Source of the DNA: Promethearchaeota archaeon
GTDB lineage: Archaea; Asgardarchaeota; Hermodarchaeia; Hermodarchaeales; Hermodarchaeaceae
DNA length: 64,000 nt
Assembly: GCA_048939625.1 (NCBI GenBank)
Contig: JBHLPH010000005.1
Span: 46,972-110,971 of the forward strand
Reading direction: 5' to 3'
The position numbers and the translations under genes are program-made. Positions 28,376 to 38,162 of this stretch are shown here, one piece after another (within the stretch, counting starts at the first letter, position 1; each line of letters opens with the position of its first letter). The notes below the pieces were generated by a model. It made no database searches and was not told where the DNA came from. It saw only the letters and a list, made by a program, of their open reading frames with translations.

Positions 28376-28391
28376 CTTTACAATTGTAAAG
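28376..28391. promoter_or_regulatory. Perfect 16-bp palindrome, candidate operator
   Basis: CTTTACAATTGTAAAG, about 25 nt downstream of TTTTTAA and upstream of the glutamate-synthase-family gene. Confidence 0.55.
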
Positions 28392-28426
28392 ACCCCACGA
28401 CAGAATCAAACATGAGGTTTATCGTG

Positions 28427-30010
28427 ATGGATGATAGTCGATTAAATGCACGATCCACCGACGGTACCGCTCTCCGGACACGCGACCCAAATCCGGTGAG
28501 TGGCATGTGCGGCATCTGCATCAGAGACTGCAAAGTCCTCTGTATGATTAGCAAATCCGCCTTCCGTGGCCACGAAGTGTTGTACCCAACAAATGAATAT
28601 TTTGGGCAAAGCACAGCGTCCGCGAACAAGGACTTTGGACTTGACTGGTCAAACTTTCAGCTGCTCGCTGCCCTCCAAGGTGCCGAAGGAATCGAAGCCG
28701 ATTCAGACATAGCACTCTTCCCCAACGCTGACGCCTCCACCTCCGTAGGTGGCATCCCCCTCAAGCTCCCGATGCTCATTGCTGGGCTCGGCTCTACCGC
28801 AGTGGCCAAGAACCACTGGGAAGGCATCTCCATGGGCTCTGCCATGGCAGGAACCATCCAAACGGTTGGTGAGAATGTAGTTGCCATGGATAGTAATAGT
28901 GTGATTACGAATGGTGAGATTCAGAAGGCACCAGACCTGAAGTTCCGTGTTGATTCGTACCGGAAGTTTTGGGATGGAAAGCATGGTGACATCGTGATTC
29001 AGACAAATGTTGAAGACCAGCGGCTTGGGGTTGATGTTTATGCGATTTCCAAGCTGGATGTGAATGTGATTGAACGGAAGTGGGGTCAGGGCGCCAAATC
29101 GATTGGCGGTGAGGTCCGTCTGAAGACCCTTGACCGTGCAAAATTGCTGAAGAGTCGTGGGTATGTGGTCCTTCCTGACCCTGAAGATCCTGTTGTTCAA
29201 GAGGCGTTCAAAGCGGGGACCTTCAAAACCTTTGAGCGTCATAGCCGTGTGGGTATGCCTGATTTGAGCTGCATTGAAGACCTGGAATGGCTCCGCGAAC
29301 AAGGAGCTAAGAAAGTGTTCTTGAAGACTGGTGCGTATCGCCCGGAGGCGACCGCGTTTGCTCTGAAAGTTGCCAGCGAAGGCAAGGTGGACATGCTCAC
29401 CCTTGATGGTGCGGGTGGCGGAACGGGTATGAGCCCCATGGCGCATATGAACGAATTGAGTACACCGACTGTGTATCTTGCAGCACAAGTATTGAAAGGG
29501 TGCCAGATTTTGAAGAAGAAGGGAAAGCATATCCCTGACATTTCAATTGCTGGTGGCTTTATTCACGAAGCGCAAATCGTGAAGGCGATTGCGATGAGCA
29601 ACTTCGGTGATGGCCCTCTCTTCAAAGCTGTTGCTGTTGCTCGGTCACCTCTGACTGCAGCAATGAAAGCCGATTACTTTGTGGAACTGGCGAAGAAAGG
29701 TCAATTGCCGAAGAGCTTCGTCGAAGACTATGGTGATGATCCCGAGCAGTTCTTCGTATCTTCTACGCACTTGATGCACGAATATGGTAATCGGTACAAA
29801 GAGATTCCAAAACCAGCGATTGGTGTTTATACCTATTTCGAACGCATTCGAGTTGGTGTCCAGCAGCTGATTGCTGGGATGCGGAAGTTCAAACTGAACC
29901 TAATTGACCGTAACGATTTGATGGCATTAACCCCACTAGCCTCTGAGGTCACCGGGATTCTAATGCCGCATCAAGTTGAGGCGGACGTCTTTGAACACAT
30001 GCTTGGCTGA
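28427..30010 (+). CDS. FMN-binding glutamate synthase family protein
   Basis: CGICIRDC...C, KWGQGAKSIGGE, LKTGAY, DGAGGGTGMSP, AGGF. Confidence 0.9.
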   Translation: MDDSRLNARSTDGTALRTRDPNPVSGMCGICIRDCKVLCMISKSAFRGHEVLYPTNEYFGQSTASANKDFGLDWSNFQLLAALQGAEGIEADSDIALFPNADASTSVGGIPLKLPMLIAGLGSTAVAKNHWEGISMGSAMAGTIQTVGENVVAMDSNSVITNGEIQKAPDLKFRVDSYRKFWDGKHGDIVIQTNVEDQRLGVDVYAISKLDVNVIERKWGQGAKSIGGEVRLKTLDRAKLLKSRGYVVLPDPEDPVVQEAFKAGTFKTFERHSRVGMPDLSCIEDLEWLREQGAKKVFLKTGAYRPEATAFALKVASEGKVDMLTLDGAGGGTGMSPMAHMNELSTPTVYLAAQVLKGCQILKKKGKHIPDISIAGGFIHEAQIVKAIAMSNFGDGPLFKAVAVARSPLTAAMKADYFVELAKKGQLPKSFVEDYGDDPEQFFVSSTHLMHEYGNRYKEIPKPAIGVYTYFERIRVGVQQLIAGMRKFKLNLIDRNDLMALTPLASEVTGILMPHQVEADVFEHMLG

Positions 30011-30073
30011 GAGTAGTTCTCAGCCCCCTCTCTCTTTTTTTCAAGGCTGATTATCAAGAAGACCTGGTTGGAG

Positions 30074-30763
30074 TCAATCCTCTGTAAGTAAGTCTTGGGA
30101 ATCCAAGGACGCTTGGCAATGAGGACATGTGCCTTTCACTTTGAGATATTCAAGAAAATGAACACGATGCGCCTTTCCTCCACAGTGAGGGCATTGGAGC
30201 GTAGCATCGTTTGAACCAATGGCAGTTTTACAGACGATGCAAAGATGTTGAGGACCTACACTTACAGTAGGGGCTTCATCGTGGGCATCGTCGATGAGTT
30301 CATGGGGATCTAAATCTTCATTGCAGTTGGGACAAACGCCTTTAACCTTGAGAAACTCTAGAAAGTGAATTCGATGGGCACGCCCATGGCAGTGGGGACA
30401 GCGGAGGGTTGAGTCTAAGGGGACGAGGGAGCTTTGGCAGACTATGCACACGGGTTGAGGTGCATTGCAATGTGGACAGATTGTTGCTTCTGCGAGAATG
30501 GTAGCCTCACACTCGGCACACATAGTTAATTGGATGGGAGCATATTGGATGTGTGTCTGGGTTCGATGAGCTTCCCGTTTTCGTTGAGCTTGTCGTCTAC
30601 TGGGAGATACAGTGTATTGCCGAGAGCGTCCGCGCCTACTTTCTTGGCTGATTTTATTGCAATCGCGGCTTATACCTATACAGATCCCGACGAAGATAAT
30701 AATAATAATGAGCCAGAAGATGAATTCAAAAAGCATGAATTCGAATTGCACGACATTGTCCAC
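30074..30763 (-). CDS. Membrane-anchored zinc-ribbon plus tandem RING-like zinc-finger protein
   Basis: N-terminal TM; CAEC...CPHC; two copies of CxxC-x12-CxxC-x4-HxxH-x10-CxxC. Confidence 0.8.
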   Translation of the reverse strand: MDNVVQFEFMLFEFIFWLIIIIIFVGICIGISRDCNKISQESRRGRSRQYTVSPSRRQAQRKREAHRTQTHIQYAPIQLTMCAECEATILAEATICPHCNAPQPVCIVCQSSLVPLDSTLRCPHCHGRAHRIHFLEFLKVKGVCPNCNEDLDPHELIDDAHDEAPTVSVGPQHLCIVCKTAIGSNDATLQCPHCGGKAHRVHFLEYLKVKGTCPHCQASLDSQDLLTED

Positions 30764-30875
30764 CTGTTTCTGTGTACCATTAGAAAATTCGGCTTTATCA
30801 GTTTAGACTTTTTATAGTGTGTCCATTAGAACTGGCAGTTTTTTTATGTTATGGAGGCTTTCGAAGCATACTTGG

Positions 30876-32138
30876 CTAGGGATAGATGCCCCGGGCTTCG
30901 ATAGCTTCAGCAATCCGCGTTAAGGCTACAATATAGGCAGCAGTGCGCATATGCACTTTTTCCTTTTGATGGACGTTGTAAACTTCATTAAATGCTTGGA
31001 CCATGCGTTGTTCGAGTTTGGCATTCACTTCATCCTCGGTCCATGATTCTCGGGTCAGGTTTTGGACCCATTCCATGTAGCTGACTGTGACTCCACCGGC
31101 ATTCGCAAGTATATCAGGCACTACGAATACACCATTCTTGTAAAGAATATTATCCGCTTCTGGAGTGGTCGGGCCGTTGGCTCCTTCTCCAATGATTTTA
31201 GCTTTTATCCGAGGAGCGTTTTCTGCCAAGATCTGGTTTTCGAGGGCGGCAGGAATGAGGATATCAACGTCGAGTTCAAGAAGCGCTTCGTTCGTGAGCT
31301 TCTTTGTGCCAGTGTATCCCACGACAGAGCCGGTCTTTTTCTTGTGTTCCATCACTTTTTCGGGATCTAATCCTTTCATATCAACGATACCACCGCGTGA
31401 ATCACTGACAGCAACGATTTTAGCTCCGTATTCGGCTATGAGAACGGCAGCATAATAGCCAACGTTTCCATACCCTTGAATTGCAACGGTAGCACCGTTA
31501 AGATCGAGATTGATGCGTTTTGCGGCTTCCCTGACAGTAATCACCGTACCTCGGCTTGTAGCTTCACGTCGACCAAGGCTTCCACCGATGGCAATCGGCT
31601 TTCCGGTAATGACCTCGGGTACAGCATATCCTTGCGCTTCTGAGTAGGTATCATAAATCCAGGCCATTTCACGTTCGCCCGTATAAACATCTGGGGCAGG
31701 GACATCCCGGTAGGGACCGATAATATCCATAATTTCGTGGGTAAACCGTCGAGTGAGACCTTCCAATTCATTAACACTCATTTCCTTCGGGTTACATACA
31801 ATTCCGCCCTTTGCTCCTCCATAGGGAACGCCAACAACAGCCGTTTTAATAGACATCCAGATGGCTAAAGCCTTTACTTCGTCCATGCATACATTTGGGT
31901 GATAGCGAATGCCACCTTTGAAAGGACCAAAAGCGTCCCAGTGCTGGACACGCATCCCTTCAAAGACTTTGATATGTCCATTATCCATTCGAACAGGTAG
32001 CGAAACGACAAGGGCACGTTTTGGGTGTTTAAGGAGCTCGAGGATATCGGGGTCGAGGTTCATTTTTTTAGCAACAATTTCAAGTTGTTGTTTAGCAATT
32101 TCATAGGGGTTGGGTTCACCACAACGTTTAGTTTCCAA
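30876..32138 (-). CDS. gdhA: Glutamate dehydrogenase
   Basis: GPFKGGIRY, GGAKGG, DVPAPD, GYGNVG, EGANGP, ANAGGV; probable TTG start after GAGGTG. Confidence 0.95.
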   Translation of the reverse strand: METKRCGEPNPYEIAKQQLEIVAKKMNLDPDILELLKHPKRALVVSLPVRMDNGHIKVFEGMRVQHWDAFGPFKGGIRYHPNVCMDEVKALAIWMSIKTAVVGVPYGGAKGGIVCNPKEMSVNELEGLTRRFTHEIMDIIGPYRDVPAPDVYTGEREMAWIYDTYSEAQGYAVPEVITGKPIAIGGSLGRREATSRGTVITVREAAKRINLDLNGATVAIQGYGNVGYYAAVLIAEYGAKIVAVSDSRGGIVDMKGLDPEKVMEHKKKTGSVVGYTGTKKLTNEALLELDVDILIPAALENQILAENAPRIKAKIIGEGANGPTTPEADNILYKNGVFVVPDILANAGGVTVSYMEWVQNLTRESWTEDEVNAKLEQRMVQAFNEVYNVHQKEKVHMRTAAYIVALTRIAEAIEARGIYP

Positions 32139-32216
32139 GGTGTGCCACCTCGGGTTGTTATGTGAAGCTGTCACTAAATAATAGGTTAAAAGTGCTTTCT
32201 TGTTCCGAGAGTCTAA

Positions 32217-32828
32217 TTAGTGGAATCGTGGTGAAGAAACAGACCTGAGCTCTGGGCGACGTTTTTGTCTGGGTCGCGATTCCTGCCGACGAAGCCGTAG
32301 CAGAGTTGCCAAAGTCAAGGCGATATCCTTAGGTGGAAATTTATAGAGATGGTAACGAATAATAAGAAACCTGCTTCGTGGATCGCTGGGATTACCAACA
32401 TTATGGGCTAAATGAAGAAGCTCTTCATCCGACATACTTTGAAGTAATTTAGCTATTTCTGGGGAATAGCGGGAGGGTAGAGGAGTATTCTGGTTGCTTA
32501 TCATGCTAAGTGTGGTCTGAGATGAATGCTCAAACATTCGATGCCCTAATTGTACTGTACCTGGAATAGATAATGGGTCGGGTGAAGGAGCGCTAGCGGT
32601 GCCACTAAGCATTGCAAATGCAACACGGAGCTCCTGTATCGTATAGCGTGCTATAATGGGTTTTGCTAGAATTTGTTGGATTCCGGGTTCTTTTGGATCT
32701 TTACTGAATCTTCGTAAGAGGCGAAGTTCTTCTGTTCCAAGACTTGATAATTTATCAGAAAGGATTCTAGCCCGAGATACCTTGACCCGTTTGGAAGTTA
32801 CATACGGGGGACGATTCCTATTAAACAT
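32217..32828 (-). CDS. Hypothetical protein with two helical domains (paralog of 32924-33553)
   Basis: R.R.LS.KL..L....L.LLRR and D.RSR..II...LY..P blocks shared with the neighbour. Confidence 0.7.
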   Translation of the reverse strand: MFNRNRPPYVTSKRVKVSRARILSDKLSSLGTEELRLLRRFSKDPKEPGIQQILAKPIIARYTIQELRVAFAMLSGTASAPSPDPLSIPGTVQLGHRMFEHSSQTTLSMISNQNTPLPSRYSPEIAKLLQSMSDEELLHLAHNVGNPSDPRSRFLIIRYHLYKFPPKDIALTLATLLRLRRQESRPRQKRRPELRSVSSPRFH

Positions 32829-32923
32829 CAATAGATCTCTCCACACTCAGGCGAGGATATGGAAATGGTTGGATAAAGCTGTTCCCGTTGCGGTTCAGAC
32901 AATAGCAAAAATGAATTTGCCAG

Positions 32924-33553
32924 TTATCCGGATTCATCTTCAAGTAATGTGCGTCTGAGTGCTGCGATGGTTGCTGAAACCGCTTCCCAAGGATACCGGT
33001 ACAGTTGGTTCTTGATAATGATAAGGCGAGAGCGTAAATCATGAAGGTCATTATAATGGTTTAGTAGCCATTGGAAATCATTCATTGGAATACTTGTGAG
33101 GATATCGCTGATTTCTTGGGTGGCTTTCACGGAAGGGAGTTGAGGAGCTTCATCGGTTGAAGCTAATAACCGTGGGGGGGGAAGGGAGTTCGTCTCTTGT
33201 TTGGGTTTCCATGGTTTGGCATTTTCAAACCCTAGTGGTTTCTCGCAAAGGGGTAGCTTATGAACGCCATCAAGGGCGGCAAGAGCAAGGCGTAATTCAT
33301 GGATGGAATACTCATCAAGAAGAGCCGAGGAGATGAGTTGTTTTGCTTCAGCATCATTGGGAGAGTCATAAATTCGCCGTAAGAGAACGAGATCGGATTC
33401 AGGGAGTACAGCGAGCTTGTTAGAGAGTTGTCGTGTTCGATTAACGGGTACCTCAATGATATCTTCAATGAATTTCGGTTCTTTTGAAGGACCCATCGAA
33501 ACTCGCCACACTCTGGCGCCTTGAGGAAGCTGGATATATTTAGGTCTTCGCAT
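32924..33553 (-). CDS. Hypothetical protein with two helical domains (paralog of 32217-32828)
   Basis: Same shared blocks; start placed at MRRPKY. Confidence 0.7.
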   Translation of the reverse strand: MRRPKYIQLPQGARVWRVSMGPSKEPKFIEDIIEVPVNRTRQLSNKLAVLPESDLVLLRRIYDSPNDAEAKQLISSALLDEYSIHELRLALAALDGVHKLPLCEKPLGFENAKPWKPKQETNSLPPPRLLASTDEAPQLPSVKATQEISDILTSIPMNDFQWLLNHYNDLHDLRSRLIIIKNQLYRYPWEAVSATIAALRRTLLEDESG

Positions 33554-33658
33554 TTTTGACGTGAAATCATTCGCTTCACTAGCGCCTGAATTATCTAGGT
33601 AGCTTCTTGAGGTTACACTACACACCAATATATGAAAGCAACTCGTTAGCAATGATGG

Positions 33659-34255
33659 GTGTACCTTATGGAACTACGAAAAATCAAACGTGAAATCCGG
33701 ATTTTGGGAGTGGACGATGCACGATTTACACGTGGCCAAGATTCATGGACCAGATTAGTGGGGGTTATCTTTCGAGGAGGAGACTACATTGAAGGCTGCC
33801 TTCAAATTCCCATTCGTGTTGATGGACAAGATGCTACTGCCCAGCTGATCAAAATGATCAAGGACTCCCCCCATTATGGACAAGTGCGATTAATTATGAC
33901 GCGTGACACAATATTTGGTGGAGTTAATGTTCTCCATTTGCACGAGTTATGTGAAAGAACGAATCTACCAGTAATCGCAGTCTCAGATTCTAAACCGGAT
34001 ATGCAGCAAGTGAAAAAAGCACTTCGTCAAATTGACCCTTCTGGTTGGGAGCATCGTTTTACCGTACTTCAAGCTTCAGGTCCTATTCGAGAAGTTGAAT
34101 CCCGACCCGGTCGGGGGCCAGTTTATATGCAGTGGAAGGGGCTCCCGTTTAAGCAGGCTGTGGAGGTTATTCAGAAAACCTCGACTCGAAGTCGGATACC
34201 AGAACCGATTCGCGTTGCACATCTTATTGCTTCAAGTTTTGTCCCGGACAAATAA
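33659..34255 (+). CDS. DUF99 / endonuclease dU family protein
   Basis: RILGVDDA, VDGQDAT, FGGVNV, IPEPIRVAHLIAS. Confidence 0.9.
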   Translation: MYLMELRKIKREIRILGVDDARFTRGQDSWTRLVGVIFRGGDYIEGCLQIPIRVDGQDATAQLIKMIKDSPHYGQVRLIMTRDTIFGGVNVLHLHELCERTNLPVIAVSDSKPDMQQVKKALRQIDPSGWEHRFTVLQASGPIREVESRPGRGPVYMQWKGLPFKQAVEVIQKTSTRSRIPEPIRVAHLIASSFVPDK

Positions 34256-34856
34256 ACAGATCTGGATTGTATTGTGTCTGAACTCCGAAATGCTGAAGAA
34301 ATTTTACGACCAATTCGATGGGAAGTCCGATAACTCCCGTGTAGCTCCCTTCAATAGATTCGACAAACATATTGCCTTTCCCTTGGATAGCATAGCCACC
34401 TGCTTTGCCGATTGGCTCCTTAGTAAACAGGTACTCTTGGAGCTCATTATTGGTAGCAGATTTGAAAGTCACCTTCGTCCACTTATGTCCGATTTTCGTT
34501 TCCTGAGATTCAACCTTGACCACGGCAGTTGCACTGATGACGCGATGTTTTTTGCCAACAAGCTCTTTGAGCATTTGGTATGCCTCAGTAGGGGTTATGG
34601 GTTTTCCTAAGACTTTATTTTGGTCGGTGATGACGAGTGTGTCACCGCCAATTACTATTCCAGTTTCAAGTGAAGCGACTACACTTAGGGCTTTTTGAAG
34701 AGCATTTCCACGGACTGCCCGGACAATTTGGCTATCTGTACCGCTTTGAAGGCGCTTCTCCTTTATTTGGGGAGTAAGGACCTCAAAGTCAAGACCAAGC
34801 TGAGTTAATAAAGAGGCACGGCGTGGTGAGTTAGAAGCTAGAAATAGGCGAGACAT
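34224..34856 (-). CDS. maf: Maf-family nucleoside triphosphate pyrophosphatase
   Basis: LASNSPRR, GGDT, LGKP, KAGGYAIQG, VIGLP. Confidence 0.93.
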   Translation of the reverse strand: MSRLFLASNSPRRASLLTQLGLDFEVLTPQIKEKRLQSGTDSQIVRAVRGNALQKALSVVASLETGIVIGGDTLVITDQNKVLGKPITPTEAYQMLKELVGKKHRVISATAVVKVESQETKIGHKWTKVTFKSATNNELQEYLFTKEPIGKAGGYAIQGKGNMFVESIEGSYTGVIGLPIELVVKFLQHFGVQTQYNPDLFICPGQNLKQ

Positions 34857-34869
34857 AAGTAGTGACCAA

Positions 34870-35349
34870 TTAGGACCCATTGTATAAGAGATTCGTGGAT
34901 TCTTTGTATGTAGCCATGGCACAGATGGTTTGGGCACGTTCGATTAATTTTGGTTCACGCAACTCTGAATTAATTATTGCTTCAAGTTCACCGATATCTT
35001 TTGCTCGAATTTTGAGTAGAAGGTCCCAGTCACCTGTAACCGTATGAGCTTCGAGAATCGCGGGGTGTGAGGCGATCTTGGCGATTAATTCACGATCGCT
35101 TTTCGGTTCAGAGGATTCAAGGGAGTTCCGATTAATCGATACAAATACAAAAGAAACGAGGGGTTTATCGAGTTTCTCCGGATTTAGAATGGCACGAAAT
35201 GAGGCTATATGTCCTGAGTTGGTGAGTTTCTTGATCCGGTTGTGAACTGTAGTTACGGGGATGTCAGTAGCGTTCGCTATAGCATTGGTGCGTTGACGGC
35301 AATCACGCTCAAGTTCCCGTAGGATCTTTTTGTCTTTATCGTCGAGCAT
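34870..35349 (-). CDS. Lrp/AsnC-family regulator
   Basis: LDDKDKKILREL...TVHNRIKKL, VTGDWDLLLKI. Confidence 0.92.
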   Translation of the reverse strand: MLDDKDKKILRELERDCRQRTNAIANATDIPVTTVHNRIKKLTNSGHIASFRAILNPEKLDKPLVSFVFVSINRNSLESSEPKSDRELIAKIASHPAILEAHTVTGDWDLLLKIRAKDIGELEAIINSELREPKLIERAQTICAMATYKESTNLLYNGS

Positions 35350-35591
35350 GGATGTGATTCCCCTTTCGTGCATGCTCCTTTTGGAGAAGGACTCCTCAAG
35401 TAGGTGTTTTCCAATGACTGCTTTTAAGTAGTCCGATGAGTTTGGACCTAGATTTTGGTAATAAAGGAATTCGAAACCACCTCTAAGGGCACAAAAATGC
35501 AATTAAACGAAGCATCTAATTTGGGAGAAGCTTTAAATTTATGAATCCGGAGTCCTGTTACTGAGGATAGTTCTCTCTAGGTGAAGCCGAA

Positions 35592-35804
35592 ATGTCAATT
35601 CAGTCCGACAATCTTGATCCACGCTATCTGCGAGGAGTAATTGATGCACTCGAACTGGTAGCCTCTTTTCTTGCATGGAAAGCAGAACACCCAAACAGTA
35701 AGCGCTCTGCCAAAGAGTTCCTTGAAACTGCTATAGAGCAATTGGAAAAGAAGACCCATCATAAATTGGATGAAGTATTGGGGATAGAGCTGGGAGACGA
35801 ATAA
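35592..35804 (+). CDS. Small hypothetical helical protein
   Basis: AGGTGA RBS and TTTAAA promoter upstream; 70 aa. Confidence 0.7.
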   Translation: MSIQSDNLDPRYLRGVIDALELVASFLAWKAEHPNSKRSAKEFLETAIEQLEKKTHHKLDEVLGIELGDE

Positions 35805-35846
35805 CCCCGCACAGATTCAATTATCGTAACGATTTCAAGTATGTGT

Positions 35847-36662
35847 TTAGTCATCAAGTTGAAGCTGGGTCTGTCGATTTCGTTTAGCGAGTTCTTGAAG
35901 AGTATTGATTGTCGCAAGTAATTGACTTTTAGCTTGGGTTTTTGTTGACGCTGTTGCCGTTACCGAAACTCGGAGAGGCAGCCGACTTTGATATGGTCGG
36001 GGGAGAGATTTCAGATACACATCTTGACTGCTCGCGAGAACCTTATCAAGGAGAGGGGCTAGTACTGATTCATCGAGAATAGGTACTTGTATTGTTCTTT
36101 GAACCACAACCTTTTTTGTGAGAAGGGCAATCCTGGGAGCCACTGCTTCCATAAAAATCGCGTAAAGCTCTTGAGGGACTCCTGGAAGACAGTAGATATG
36201 AGTCGTATTCTGCTGTATATGAATACCCGGAGCTGTTCCAACACTGTTTGGAAGTGGTTCTGCGCCATGGGGGAGATTTGCCATTTTTTTTCGGGCAGAA
36301 GAGATCGCACTGGACTCAACTAGTCCTTGGCGTTTTAAGGTGTTATATCGATCCGTGACCATTGCTAATGCTTGAGGATGAAGCTCAAGGGGGGCTTCTA
36401 AAGCCAAGGCAAGACCTTTTGCAGTGAGATCATCAAAGGTTGGTCCAAGACCACCTGTAGTAATTAGAAGGGTTGTTTGCCTTTCAAGGCAGGCTCGAAT
36501 GGCATTAACAATAACCTCAATGTTGTCCTCAATGACCTGCATCTGTTGGACGGGAAGGCTAAGTTCGAGAAGACGTTGCGCAAGCCACTGGGAATTAGTG
36601 TCCAGAGTATGCCCAGAGAGGATTTCATTTCCTATGATTAATAATTCAACACGAAGCATCAT
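35847..36662 (-). CDS. CinA-like molybdopterin-binding-domain protein
   Basis: IGNEILSG..LDTN, TGGLGPTFDD, GTAPG, LPGVPQE. Confidence 0.9.
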   Translation of the reverse strand: MMLRVELLIIGNEILSGHTLDTNSQWLAQRLLELSLPVQQMQVIEDNIEVIVNAIRACLERQTTLLITTGGLGPTFDDLTAKGLALALEAPLELHPQALAMVTDRYNTLKRQGLVESSAISSARKKMANLPHGAEPLPNSVGTAPGIHIQQNTTHIYCLPGVPQELYAIFMEAVAPRIALLTKKVVVQRTIQVPILDESVLAPLLDKVLASSQDVYLKSLPRPYQSRLPLRVSVTATASTKTQAKSQLLATINTLQELAKRNRQTQLQLDD

Positions 36663-38077
36663 GTATTTTCGCCAGAGGTTTGGCTGGACAACTGACTGAA
36701 TTCATGCAAGAAATGCGTGAACCCCTTTTGGAAATGGCGGAGCCCTTCTATTACCACATATTCGTCCCGACCATGAGCATGACCCCCATGCCCTAGTCCA
36801 CCGATGACAAATGGTTTCTTTAGCGGAGGATCAGCATACACATAAAGGGGAACGCTAGACGGAAACATCGGCCAAACCTCCACATTATCAATTCCGACTT
36901 CGTAATAAGAGCGCATAAGGGCTTTGACTATATGGGTGTTATCTGTAGTTTTTGCCCATTTCATAGTATAGCCAAGCTCAATTTCGACTAACTCTGCAAG
37001 TCCCAACTGCGCAATGTAATCTTTGACACTTTGTAAGACTTGATTTGGGTCCTCGTTTGGAGTTAAGCGAATATCTACATGAGCTGAAGCATCACGAGGT
37101 AGAATCGTTTTGAAGGATCCACCGACATATCCAGTTTGAATCCCAGAAATATTAACAGTCGGTTCAAAGAGAAATCGGCGTAGCAAATCCTGCATCGAAT
37201 CCGCTTCAATAGTTAAATTTCGAGCGTCTAGTTGGAGTGCGGCGATTCCTGGATCAAAGGATTTCGCTAGAAGCGAGATAAGTCGTTCATCATCTTTCGT
37301 TGGCGGCTGGACATCATCAAGTAGACCAGGAATTAATGGATGTCCATGAATGTCTACAAGTTGTGAGAGTGTCTTTGCTAGAATATGAGCGGGATTTCGC
37401 ATCCAACCAACTTCAGCTGAATGAAGATCGCGTGTTGAGGGCCCTTGACAGTGGAAGCGGAGAAACACGATTCCTTTGGTGCCTAGAAATAATCGAGCTA
37501 TCCCGCGACGGTCTGTCGCGAAAAAGGGGTAATAGACCGCATCGGCTTTGTTTAACTCACGTTTGTAATCTTTTACAAATTGGGGAAGACTCGGGCTGCC
37601 ACTTTCTTCTTCACTATCAACCACAATAATCAGATTGACAGGGGGTTGTTCCCCCATATCTTGGATAATGGAAAGGGTTTCAAGCAGTGTCATAAGCGTG
37701 GCTTTCTGTGTATAAGCTCCCCTTGCAATGAGACTGGGGCCAAATCGGGGATGGTCTTTGATTTCTGCTGCAAAAGGAGGGACAGACCACCAGGCCTCAT
37801 TCTCAGTGGTCATAACATCGACGGAGGTATGAATGAGCAGAGTAGGAGCTTTCTTTCCAGCTGAAAACCGACGGGCATATACAATGGGATTACTTGGTGT
37901 GCTAATGAGTTTTGTGTCGAAGTTTAATTCTTGAAGCTTTGAATAGACCAGATATGCAGTTCGATTGATGCCGGCTCCGGTACCACTGATACTGGGTTGC
38001 TGAAGAAAATTCTGTAATTGCTTTAGGGTTTTTTCAAAGTGGGCATCAATTTCTTCGAGGATGTTGCGTAGAATCAT
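36659..38077 (-). CDS. M20/M25/M40 metallohydrolase
   Basis: HTSVDV, PPF, ARGA, EEESGS, DLHS, HAHGRDE. Confidence 0.85.
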   Translation of the reverse strand: MILRNILEEIDAHFEKTLKQLQNFLQQPSISGTGAGINRTAYLVYSKLQELNFDTKLISTPSNPIVYARRFSAGKKAPTLLIHTSVDVMTTENEAWWSVPPFAAEIKDHPRFGPSLIARGAYTQKATLMTLLETLSIIQDMGEQPPVNLIIVVDSEEESGSPSLPQFVKDYKRELNKADAVYYPFFATDRRGIARLFLGTKGIVFLRFHCQGPSTRDLHSAEVGWMRNPAHILAKTLSQLVDIHGHPLIPGLLDDVQPPTKDDERLISLLAKSFDPGIAALQLDARNLTIEADSMQDLLRRFLFEPTVNISGIQTGYVGGSFKTILPRDASAHVDIRLTPNEDPNQVLQSVKDYIAQLGLAELVEIELGYTMKWAKTTDNTHIVKALMRSYYEVGIDNVEVWPMFPSSVPLYVYADPPLKKPFVIGGLGHGGHAHGRDEYVVIEGLRHFQKGFTHFLHEFSQLSSQTSGENT

Positions 38078-38162
38078 CGGTTGATTCACCGACCTTTGAC
38101 TTATTGAATACAGGGGCTGAATCAACTCGTGGTGTCTTCTTATTAAAAGCTCGTCGGTTACG

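Noticed and set aside
28703-29530. 275-aa minus-strand ORF
   Set aside because: Antisense shadow of the strongly codon-biased glutamate-synthase-family gene
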